A program made the position numbers and the translations under genes. A model generated the notes under the pieces. It worked only from the letters and a program-made list of their open reading frames with translations. It did no database searches and was not told where the DNA came from. Shown here piece by piece: positions 37,901 to 50,460 of a DNA stretch of 64,000 nucleotides (positions are counted from its first letter, which is position 1; each line of letters opens with the position of its first letter). Source of the DNA: Psilocybe cubensis (taxonomy: Eukaryota); contig CM039000.1 of the NCBI GenBank assembly GCA_017499595.2, positions 3,472,001-3,536,000 of the forward strand, given 5' to 3'.

Positions 37901-40900
37901 ATGCATTGCGATTAATCATGATGAAGAAAACTAGGAGAGTGGGGTCATTTGATGTAATAAGTAAATCATCAGCTCACTTGGTTCGTTCCGTAGCAGCACG
38001 TACGTCTCAGAAGACGCCAATGCAGCAGGCGACCGTGAGGAGCCGTTGGGAATTCTCGAAAGTTCATCTCCGGACATTGAACTCTTACTCGCGAACGGAC
38101 ATAGGTGAAAGTTTGACGCCTGAATCGGCACCCGAACATGTCATGCATCTTCTTGGTACTGATGATATGTCGTTTGGAGAGGGATTAAATTTAGAACGCG
38201 CCTGGTTTAGATAAATGAAAAATGGCATTGCCTCTGCCAAGGTCCCATCTTAGGAGTACTAGTGCGGGACGCGAAAATAAACGCGACGCGTTAGATGTTG
38301 AATCAAGAACACTTGCTGGATCGGGCCACTCGCAACTGAGGCCCTCCGGAGGTATAGAGAAGGGCGCGGGGAAAGTTCCAACCCGAACAGGCAGCTATTC
38401 ATAAGTACTACAAGAGAGTACTGTAGTTAGAGCTCTTCCATGCTTTTGGAGTAGTTGATAAGAATGATGAGTCAGGGTCTATTTCGCTACATGAACCTTG
38501 AGCTTGAGCTCTTGAACCGCAAGTGATTGTGCTGGCAAAGAACAGCGCTACAAATATGGCGACGGTTGTCCGACAAAAAGGCAGAATGTTGCCGTTATAA
38601 ATAGACCTTGCCCAAATGTCTTTTCAACGGCACGGCGTTCTGCTACGCTACAGTTCAGTTGCTTGCGGGCGAAGTTCAGCTGGTTAAATATACCAATGCA
38701 CATTGAACACCGCAGCACACTATTGAAACTTTGTTTTCATGTCGTTAAACGCAACGAGCAACCCTGAACCGAAAAATATATATTACCCAGTGGCAGAATT
38801 GGTATGCAGTTACCAGACGTTATTTTTGCCTCCTTCCGACTTTAAACAGTGTATTGTCTACACCACCCAATCTCCCTTTGTCTTCCATTGAACCACTTCA
38901 GTCAGGGAGTACTCAAGCACGACAGAGGTGACATTCTGGATGGATACACATTAGTTCTAAACTGCGAACGAGTTGTATTGATCAAAGAACTGATCTGCTT
39001 GAGGTCTCGATGGCGCGCGAGCTTCACCGAGGTACCTTCTCATCGACGTCAAGGTGATTAAACCGTCTGAATCGCGCCCCAACTTGGCTATCTCCAAAAA
39101 AATTATACTTTAGAGCGCATCATCTGTAGAACGCATCAGGCAGATCCCTTTTTGGAGCCGGTAATCTAATCAATGACGTCGCGGATGATGTGTCGTTCAA
39201 ACCGTCAACAGCCTTGGACACTGCGAACTATCGCATGTCAGTGGGCTAGCGACGTTCCTTTTTCTTGTTATTGCATGCGCTATGAATTGTACTTTTTTCG
39301 CGTTAGCGTGAGTGGTGGAGTGCGAAAGAAACCTCCTATTTGACAGTCAACAGAAATAACATGCATGCCAAAGACATTAATCATACCGTTAATATTTTTC
39401 AATTTAGGATTTAGGAGTGGAGGCACCAATGTATTTGAATCGGTTCGACGTGCTTCGGAAGAAAAGACCTGGGGTATACTGATTGTACAAAGTACTAATG
39501 AATTCACAGAAGGCTAAATGTGCAATCTACCTAGGGCAGTAAACCACAGGTCGCCCTACGAGGTGAGCCAAGGCCCAGAAAAGCCCAAGGAGCGAGTAGA
39601 TTTGAATACACCAGCTAACCAGAAAGGGACTTTGAAATGCAGACCATACCGTGCATCCCCATCATGACTGTTCCTCGGATGGGTGTTAAATGCACTGTGA
39701 AGTGCTGGGCAATCGGCCAGTATCCAACGTTTGCGAAGCTGGAGGCGCAGGAGGATCAAAGTAGCGAGTCCACATGTGCCACATGAACACAGTGCGGGGG
39801 AGTCCCAACGTTCCCCTCGAATCGAACCATGTCCATAAACCAGTGATTTCCACAGGCTTTCTTGCCCAAGATTCTTTTTCTGGCCAGGAGAGTTTCTCTG
39901 CTCATAGTGCTCCCTGTCGATGCATTCCGCGCCGGCGTCCCGCTACGTGCACTCGTTATCTGAGTGGTATTCCATTCCAGCTAACCTTCCTTTTCGGACA
40001 AGGTTCTCAGGATGTTGGGAGCAAAGATAAGATTATAGGGGTCAGAGTGACTGTGCCGGAAGGTCGCGCGTCCTCCGTACGTGCGCTATTCACACGAGAC
40101 CATCGGCCCGGCTTGGTAGCATGATTCCGACTGACTGAGCTGGTGCGTCTTGCGTGCGTATCTGGCGTGCGCGAAAACGATTAGATGAGATGGTAAGTGC
40201 GTGCAGTAGAAGCGTTCAGACGTGTTTTGCGATGTGTCGAATCCAGTGCCCGGATATGGTGTGAAAGTGACGCTGCAAGCGAGCAGCCGTTGGACGAAGT
40301 TACAGCCGCTTCATCGAGGCGTTTCATTTTGGGCATAAGCGCCCCCAAAGCGCCCACGCCTCGAGGCTGTTGCCACTCTTATCGATGGTCCTGTTATAAA
40401 CGTCCATCAGAAATCGACCCATAGGATGGAGAAACATGCTTCAATAGAGCTGTACACATGCCCACGTCAATTGACTTGACTCAATTAACTTCAGCGTCTA
40501 TTGTATATTTCGACCGATGTCCCTGGATCACGTTGCCAGCACGAGCCTGAACTGCGATAATGCACAATTTCGGGTTGGATGGTTGCGAAAACGTGTGTGT
40601 AACTGTGAGTGTCTCGAATTCGAAGTGAACCGATCCTCCAAGTATCATAATGCCTACAATTCACAGATGAACGTGTGGCAAACACAAGTTGGAGCAATGT
40701 TTAAAACGCCTGCACAGAGCTGAGCAAAGAAGGACGATATCATTTGATAGATGATTAAAAATCTGTTTTTGGTATGTTCAATCAGAGGAATGAATTCGGT
40801 GAATAAGTAAACACTGACATTTTACGACTGTACTGAAAGTACTTCAGGGTGCCCATGCAAATGATACGACTGATTCAGAGGTGAACAAAATGGTGGAATG

Positions 40901-43900
40901 AACGGATATTAGCGTTAGTGTTCACCTGATAATAACACAGATTACCTCTTAACACGATAAAACACGACGCCCAAAGTCAAGTGCGATGTCAGAAGAAAGG
41001 GTTTATCAATTGACTGAACCAACCTATACGCAATATGTACAATCTGAACGCGGTATAAATCAGAACAGAATAAAGAAAAATTATACAAGTATCCATGGTG
41101 GACTAGCACGCACCTCTGATTATATTTCGGGTATTAACCGTGTCATTTGACGAGAAGCCTCATCTACTCGAAGTAGCGCTGATACCCTGTACCCGCAATT
41201 CACCGATGCTAATTGGAGCCCAACAAATAGCAATGTGCATCTTTCCGTGTCCGCAGGGAGCTTGTTCGAAATATTACGGACAACCCGGACTTCCGAGTTA
41301 CTCCACAATGGTCTGAATATTTGGGGAGATGTCAAATTGGGGTTGGGGGAAGTACTCTGAAGCATGCCTGCCGGATGGGACATCGTGGTCGTGGTCAGAG
41401 CACCCACCGCTCGGATTGGTTCAACCGCAGAACGCGTTTGTAAACGCGTTGCCGCCAGGTGCCGCGACGGCCTCGGCAGCAGCCGCTTACTTATCGACAT
41501 GACAAATATCGACGAAAATCATCGTCCGCTCGCACGAAAAGATTTTTTGCTTCCGTTGAACCTCCCGCTGGGTCCTCCATGCTGCTGACTCGCATCGCGC
41601 ACCGGTTCGCTTGGAGAATTTCCAACATTCCGAGCTGTTATTTTACAAATTTTTGGTAACCTTACGATAGTCAGTTACAAATGAACAAGAATTGGACATG
41701 GAGCTGCACGGATAATGCAAATGCTTGGTTCACAGGGCAGTATCAGTGCTTCTGGTTTATTGTACATTTAATTTTATTACAATGACTTGTATTCCCCGAT
41801 ATCATTCAGAAAATATACGCAGTTTTGACTCATCAATGGTGTGTTAACATTCATGATCACGGGTAAAAGCGGTACAGAATCGACCCAGGTTCTACGTTCT
41901 CCCTCTAGACAGCATGGTTTATAGGTACACAAAAATGCATTTCTGCTCGGCAACAGGAACTCAGTGTGCTACTACGTTTCTTAAACTTTCCTCCCATTTC
42001 ACAAGCTACGGACCTGCGGGCCATACTGCCTATCCAACCAATATCTACGGTAAAATCAAACGTTGCATCGGAACTCGAACGTGCTGTCGCACGATGGGGA
42101 TTGGGTCTGAAAATGAAAATGTCGTCGCCGTTGCCGGAGCGCAAAAAGCGCGTGATAACGCGTCCAACGGTCCTAGCCTGACCGCGCCTTGAAATCAAAT
42201 TCGACAACGCGTCAATCCGCGGCGCTCATAGAGCACAGCCACGGGTGGTAATACCGGAATCGTGGGCGAGGCCTAAGCCCTCGTTGTTTCTATGCAGTAC
42301 GTACTTTCCGTTGATCAGGAACACCTCAAGTGAACTTACCACTCAACCAGTTTCCAGACCAATGTCGGACTAGCAGTTGGACCCACCTGCGTCCATGGTC
42401 CTCGGCGTGTTTCGAGCCAACGAGTGTGGCGACCGTTGACGGCGATTTGACGTCGGGATGTACGGCATGTGAACTCTTCCGGGTTTGGCGCTCCCTCAAG
42501 TCTGCATGTTGCTTTCTACATATGCTATTCAGTCTCTCACATGCCTTTTGGGTAATTTAATGGAATTCACATAACAAGGAACACTTACGGGATGGGCAGA
42601 GCCCACCGACATAGCCGTTCTTTGAACTTCTGCTTGTTGCATGGCAGGGCATTGAACGCCTCGAGTTGGGATCGTCTCTCGTTTCACGAGTCGGCTAGCC
42701 TGAGTACATTGATGGCATCACAACTTGAGCGCCCACACTGAAGATTACTCGTCACTGTTTAAATTGTTAACTTGATCACAAGATTAACGCTGCAGATCGG
42801 CAGGCATAGAAAAGACTGCGAGACGAGAATCTTCATCCTTACCATTCACTCCGCAGCAATGCAGACACAATTTTGAAACTTGAGTTACTTTTTCTTACTC
42901 ACGGAGTTGAGGAATTGTCGCGACTCGATCATATTCAGCCAGTGTTCTGGGCATTTTGTGAAGACAAGTGCCAACATTCCTAAAGCCCAGAATTCGAACA
43001 TGAGCAATTTAAAGTTATACTGGTTCATTTCTGTATCAGAATGATTAGAAATTAGTAAATACATGTACTGCAGCAAACTTGTAGCTACTTGGAGCGGGAA
43101 GAGGCTGTAGACTGACGTAGACCTAAATTAGCTTTTGAATTGAAAGCCGGAGTCTAAATATATTTTGTTCCGTCTTGGTTCCGTCAGGTACAGGCCATTC
43201 ATTGGCTGTCGGCTACTCAGTGACATCATTGACTTGCCGATCAGTTTTTCAGTGTTGGAGGAGAGCTCGAGATGATTGGAGCATTGCAAGTTTGCAACTA
43301 GCTGCAACTTGACGCGCAAGTCATATTTTAAAATTTGTACTGAGATGTATACAGGTAAGCTGGGTATTTGGAGAGGGCACGATTTTGAAAAAAAAATTAA
43401 GCCTTGGCCTCGAGCTTTTTGCCCTGACTTGGGCTTTTCGCTACCTCATGCCATTCCATGCGCGTTCTACATTGTCCTACGTGGAAGCGCTATGCAAAGA
43501 GGTGGAAATTGCTAATGTTTCCTTTCAGGTTCCTTGAGTAAAGATTACAGTAGCGCGTCATCAATGCCGTGCCACTTCGTCATTTATCGCATAATCTCCT
43601 GGCGCCACTTTATGTCTTGTGTGGTTAGCCCAACAATCCGATGAGACGATATATCAGGCGATTCGGATTCTGCTCACAATCGTGCAATGACGGTAGCGAC
43701 CAAGCGCAGTCTAATCACGGATACATAATGCCACATTGTGCGCGAAGACTTTCAGCGATTTTACACGGCCCCTCTTGCCGTTCACTCCGTAAATCAGCCT
43801 GAAGTACGCGATGAGTCATTTAGTCGGAGTCAGAGAGCAATAACGTCGGGATCGGGGAGGACACCGCACTTCCAATTATGGTTAATTACACCGCTTAACC

Positions 43901-46900
43901 AGGTTCGCTTGACCCGAGACCGGTTCACTTCCTAAAATGGACATGCAAACTGGTTCATGGCTCGCTTCTTCTCAGTGGCCAGTCATGAGCTCTCCGAGTC
44001 TGCTCTTTCTTTTACTACCTTGCGAAAGTCTCGGGAGATGCACTTATTAAAAGTATAACTACACACTGCTGGATTCTATTCTCAGCTTTCCTCTCATAAT
44101 TATCTGCCGTTACTTGTACTCGCTGGCATCGCAAGCCAGGCCGCACCCGCCAAGAGTTGTACCTCTCACAACGGTATCAACGCTCCAGAAAGGCTCGGGA
44201 CTACGTGGTAGACTTGTCGGCTTGACTGCGCAAATACGTGTAACTCACCACCTTGAGTGTCCGCGAGTATTTACGCAGCGTGTACTCACGCGTCGTCGAT
44301 GATAAACCGTGTGTTCTACCGTGCGCAACGCGATCGACGGGACAGGTTGACGCGTGAGGGCCTCAACTTGCCAAACGACCTCAGCTTGTTCGGGACCCAC
44401 CCAGCTGTCTGTCAGTATCAAATCTTGGTGGTTACACTTGTTTCTCAGAGCCTCTCTACTTCCGTTCGCCTGCCATGTTAAGCAGCTTTTCTGTTGGTGA
44501 GCTGCGATTTTGTCGAGTCTTACGTCGATCCATGAGTACTGATGTCTAATTATAGACTGCCGACTCCCCCGCCACAGCTTTCTCCATGCCTTCTTCCAAG
44601 CCACCCACAAAATCCGCAGAACGCCTTGTCGAAGATCAAGCTTTGCGGGTGACTGCGGGGCTAAATATACAGTTTGGTCATTGCCCAGCACCTTACGGCG
44701 AGCCCCAACACACTGATATCAAAATGTCTTCCTCATGGCTCTTGGAAGAGAGTATCGTTTTCTGTTGGTTGTCTGTGAAATCATCTACACCTGTATGGAG
44801 CTTTTCAAATCTTAGGAACAATTCTAGCGGATACAAACTCCCAGCCTATCTCCAGTCACTCCGTCCGATACCGTCTGTGACGCTATAAACCCGCAGATGT
44901 ACCATTTCTCGCACCTTGGAAGTTGTTTCTGGAATCTTGGAAGTTTACCGCAGATACTACTTGAGCGTATTGAAACTCAAGTGATTCCCAAGTCGCCACT
45001 TTACTACAGCTCAACGGAAGGCCTTGGGTAATTGACGAGGTCATGCGATCAGCTGGGTATGTCCCGTTTCCTGTGCCCTTGGCCCTCACTCGTCATTTGA
45101 CGCCGGTTCGAATGGAACAACTAGCTCCCCGCTGGTCAAGCCAGACCAATACACAGGCGCCTGCTCCCAAATCAGTTGTTCTGGCATGATTTTGGCAGGC
45201 GAGCAAACCGCATTACACTTTTGTAGCGGAAGGAGAAAGTTCGGAAGATAGCTATTTTGGATATGTCTGCCAAGGGAGCGAGTTTTATTCGACGAGTACT
45301 GGGAGGAGTATATCGTCTGCATTTCAGCAAATTAATGGACCGGGCCGGTGGGAGTATAGGCTCACACTTGGAGACGCGGATGTTAATCCGACTGTGGATG
45401 GTGTCAGCAGAGCAACTATCCGACACGTTTTCTATTTCGCAGACCTTGGGTTGCGTGCCACGTCGCCACCAGTCTTGATTCCACTCGAAGAGTCGATACC
45501 TGCACAACCAACTCTGCGGATGCGATTGTCTATTTGTCTCTATTCAATGCAATTGTCCGACAGACTTCCTGGCTCGGATCGCCTCCAACTAGCTCGTATC
45601 GACGGTCGATCCATTCAGAACCCAAGGTGAGAATGGTGAGAACACACGAATATATTTTGGCGCTGCAAGTGCTACTAGCGGAATAGTTTGTGTGGCAGGA
45701 GCACCGATTGCTGACTGAGAACTGACTGGCCTCTCCGATGGAGTCTCTATGTCCGCTGACAAACGTCGTGCGCTAATTAAGCAGCAATATCAACCTACAA
45801 TAGTTCAATCATGAATACACTGCTTCGTGGGAATACCCGTTCTTCACGCTTTTCAATAAACTTTCGGTTGGATATTATTGACACCTTGGAAATTTCGATG
45901 AGAGGTCAGGTAAGGTCGCATTGCAAACCTCAGAGAGGCTCATATCTAACACAGATATTCGAATGAGCATAATGTTCTAGAGCATATAATACATTGCCAC
46001 CTGAAATTGTTCCTATCAGGACAATATGTATTAGAACAAACCTTTCACATTTACTTTTCATCCACTTCTCGCGTTCCGAACTGCGCTACATTCGCGTTAA
46101 TCATGAAGAAAATCCTCTTCCATTGAGTGACTATTTTTAGATTTAGCAGGTTTGTCGCGTTTACCGGAATGAAACTTAGGCTGTATGATTTCCGATAACC
46201 AAGCAGAGCTCCATGATGCAGCCAAAGAGAGTTCCGCTAGAGAAGTTAGACATAGGCTCTGGTAAATTCATACATCCGTGAAGTTGAACCACGGAAAAGT
46301 TCGATGACCAACAAATGAACTGTCAGAGGAATATTTAACACTTTGAAGTTGAAGGGTCCTGATGTCGTCGGATTGATTATCACTGCACAGGAACAACACT
46401 GCGGGGGAGGAGCGCCAAGTATATTTGAAGTTGAGCAGTCGGTGGCAGTTTCTTGGAGTGAGGGTCCATTACGAAACGATACGTCGGTGATGGATGAGCG
46501 TTCTGAGAGAGGCAGATTAATTCGAACCGACTCGTTTGATTGGAAATTTTGCTGCCGCCGCCCATAAGGAATTCATGCTCAGTATGCTCATAGGCTAGTA
46601 GTAGTTTAGTACTTAGAGAGCAAAATGAAGTGATTTGTCAACTGGTAATGACATTACTGCACTATCAGAAATTCATCCAGAGTTTATTAGCAATCATCAC
46701 ATGCAAGAGAAGGTTCAAGAAATTGTTGACAAATTCGACTGCCTGGCGTGGATATCGGAACCGTTGAGCTGTGCGGGTGACGGAATATATGTAAGATAAA
46801 GCGGCTACGATCTCCCCTCAACGCTCTTAAGAAGCCGAGACTTTTGATGTCAGACGAAGGATCAAAAGACGCGTTACTAATTTCTGACGGAATAAAGCCA

Positions 46901-49900
46901 GTCTTGGACATAGGGCTCCGATGTGAGGGAGAACCTTTCAGCTCACGCGCTGCACGCGTGATTTCTGTACACAATTCTGGTTTAGCGTCCTCCTGTCGGA
47001 GACTACCGTTGAGTTTGACTGATACCTGATGATAGACATAGAATGAGGAGAAAGCTTGTTAGCCTTGATGGCCATCTCTTGATTGTAGAGAGGGAGGTGA
47101 GTACTAGGATATGGGATAATTTGGTACTTACTGGGCGTAGGTCGATTTCCATAGAAGCGCAAGCGGAAATGTTACAGGCTTAGCTGCGCCCCCTCACGGG
47201 AGGCGCTAGCCAAGAAAGCTATGTTCAAGCTGGTCTGGGTTGCCTTTGCGTACGAGTTTGAGGGCGTTTTGTCAACGATAAGCTTACGCCGACTCTTTCG
47301 TGTGAGTTCGAGCACAAGTTGCATAATTAAATTTCAACGTACCAGTTTTAGCCTTTCCTCCTGCCATTATTGGCAGAATGCCCACACCTTCAGGTCAGGA
47401 GTCAATTCAGCGCCGCAAGAATAATCACACCTCCTGAGGCGCATTCGGAAATTTCTATGAATCATATATCACCTTCTCACTCCCGAGATGGCCTGCTGCA
47501 TCAATTTCGAGTTATACGCGTCATGACGCGGTGTACGTTTGCCTAGGGTCAATCCTTACCCATTCGTATGTATCATGGTTCTGGACGCGTACAACAAACT
47601 GGTACTCCGCCATCTCACGGAACCGTACCCCGTCAAAACCGCGGAAGATTCTGTCGAAAGTCGATGGAAGAGGGGCGACGTGACGTATGCCGTTATGTTG
47701 AAGATGAGAAGGACCTGCGATTGAATGAAGCTTCAACGAGGACAATAGAAATCACGAACCACCTTTACTCAGCGTTCTTGTGGCTGGGAAATGATACAGG
47801 CAAGCGCCCTTGAGACACCTTGATCCTGGGTGTCCTGGCTCCTGTTTTTTCAACGTGAACCAGATCTTCCATTCAACCGTCTTCGAGTCTAGACCATGAA
47901 TATTTCTTTCAGGTACTAGTAATTGGACGTTATGGTAATTTTTAAAAAGATTGAACTGACTTGAAGCACCAATAATTGACCCGCCCTGTCCATAACATAG
48001 AGTTTAGTCTAAACGGAAGGATTCAGATATGTCAGAACCTGGGCGGACGCTGGAGGATGCATGAACTCCACAAAAAAACCATGCATTTGCCTATTTTAGG
48101 AAGGAGGAAATGACAGGATGCCGGAACCCTGTCGAATTCGAACTATAGATACGTGCCTTAACTCGGTGCCTCCCCGACATTAAAATGCCGATCGTTGTAG
48201 GCGCGTGTCTGACGTTTGGATGGTGCAGTTCAATGGTGAACCCAAGGTGAGCCCGAGCAGACCACCTAATCGATCGACGGGTTCGTGGACGAACCACGGA
48301 CATAAGTGGATGGAGGACGGAATGTTGACGTTGACGCGTTCCTGAAGGCAATTGAAATTTCAAGGTATTAAATTCGTATACATCGAAGAGTCCGTACAAA
48401 AGACGCGTCCTTTGGAGGATGTGGCCGCGCATCACGGGTTCTAGAGGATGTGGCAGGATTTTCAATAAAGGTCAAGAGCTAACTGGAAGTAAGAAGAATA
48501 TTTACCCTGTCATCTTCCAACATGCAAACTCCATATGCTCGGTCCAGTTAGATCATTTTGAAGTTTGACAACTCGTTGGTTCACTTCATGCATACCAGTA
48601 TTGGAATGGGATAGGAGATTTTGACCGTGTTCGATAAGATGATCAGAGTTTTCTAGCTCAAAGAAAACAGCAGATATGTATGAACCGAAGAATCAATTAG
48701 CGTTGTGGAATTAACCAAATCATTTCATGATAGCAAAATTCTTTGTTGTAAAAAATTCTAGGAACTGCCGGCGGCGATTTTATTGGTGGAAAAAACTCAA
48801 ATGCAAGGTATATGTGATTCTAGAGAGAGGTATGCATGGGACGAATGATGTCGACAAGTTTAGCGTGTTTTAGCCTTGAATCCTGCTGATGGCGAATAAA
48901 AGCGCCCGAGTAGAAGCGCCGTCACCTCGGTATCGAATGATGTACACTATCACCTATTTGTCAAGCGATGATCAACAGTTCGAGTAAAGATGATTGTGGA
49001 CGCATTCATGATATAGGATATCCAATGTACGAGGCCGCGTTCGTAAACTGAACGAGGTCATGCGAATTATTTCTAGTAATTCTTCCAGAAGATATTACAG
49101 ATTTGGAAAAGTTCCAGCTTTTAATTTGCCACATATAAAGGGGTTCAAAGTTGACCGAAATTGGATGGTAGGCGATTTCTGATCGTCGCAAACAGCGAAA
49201 GAAATTGTTATTATTTCTGGCGGACAGCATAAATTACAAGCAGTTTCGGTAGTCAGTCCAGTAGTCGATGATTGCTTTGCGGATTAATTGCGAATAGAAA
49301 GGACGGATAATGATCTTGAACCACAATTCAAAGCGCCATAAGCCATGTTTGATGAAGAACAGTTTGCTGAATATCTCCAAAATTATGACTGGCGCGCAAG
49401 AAATTAAAACGTAAAAGGAGAGCCAAACGTTCCACAGTTTTCGAAGGAAGAGCCAAAAAGTGTAGAATGAAGCACATGCAAGCCAAAAATCCAAATTGAC
49501 GACAAGCACCAGTAGACGCCAGTCCGTCGATGAATCGCAACATAGACTTCGATGAGTATCTGCTTCTGGATTCAGCGAAGCCAAAAACTGTGTTTCGAAG
49601 ATAGAAAAAAACAATAGTTCAAGCAGTGCAGATCTGCCAAAACAACAGTATCATTCAGAAGCATATCTGTCATGCCCAGATAATTCCTGAAGAGATATAT
49701 TTGCTAGTACGCCGCTCTTCAGTGTAGAGGCGGCACCCAGGATATGTATTTTGTCCAAAGTCTGCATGCATATCCTGGGTTCTCTGTTGGTAAAGCCATT
49801 GACAGGTTATAATTCATCCCACAGCTGTAGAGCTGTGTTGCATACGACCATCGAAGAGCATAAAACCCAAATTATAAAACCCTAAATCGAGCCATGAGAC

Positions 49901-50460
49901 CGTATAAAAGGCAAACAAATAGGATGAGGTAAGGGAGAGAGGGACGATGATGGTTAGAAACAAGATGAAGGTCGGCTGCCGGCAAGCCTGGCTTCGAAAT
50001 TAAATCGGAGTTTAAATGGTGGCAGAAATCCTGACTGGGAGCATTCAGAGATTATAACAAAAGAGTTTCTCGAAGTATGGATTCAATATTCAATATTCAA
50101 GGACTATTTTTTCACGCGTAGCTGTTGGTAGAATCTCTGCCCATTTCTAACCAAGTTGTTTTCCCTGTCACGCTGACGCCATTTTGCAGGAGCTGTGACG
50201 TGACACGGAGCTGTGACTCCCTCAGGACCCGCCACCCCTGACAACTAAGTACAGTGCCCGACCTGAGTCAAAGGGTTGTACATGGTTTACGATTCTGAAC
50301 CAATTCTAAACAATTGCTAAACAGTGCCGCTACGGGCCCTTCTTCAAGCAATTCTTCTCAGGACTCTAGAGACATCAATTGTTGCTAGACTCACATTGGT
50401 TTGATACGCAAGGTATCTTGAACCATAGCAAATTCCCAATAGAGCTACTGGCAATTGTTT

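Noticed and set aside
44586..45630. Cluster of 70-110 aa ORFs on both strands
   Set aside because: No family motif and no coherent exon chain. It may be a relic but cannot be supported.
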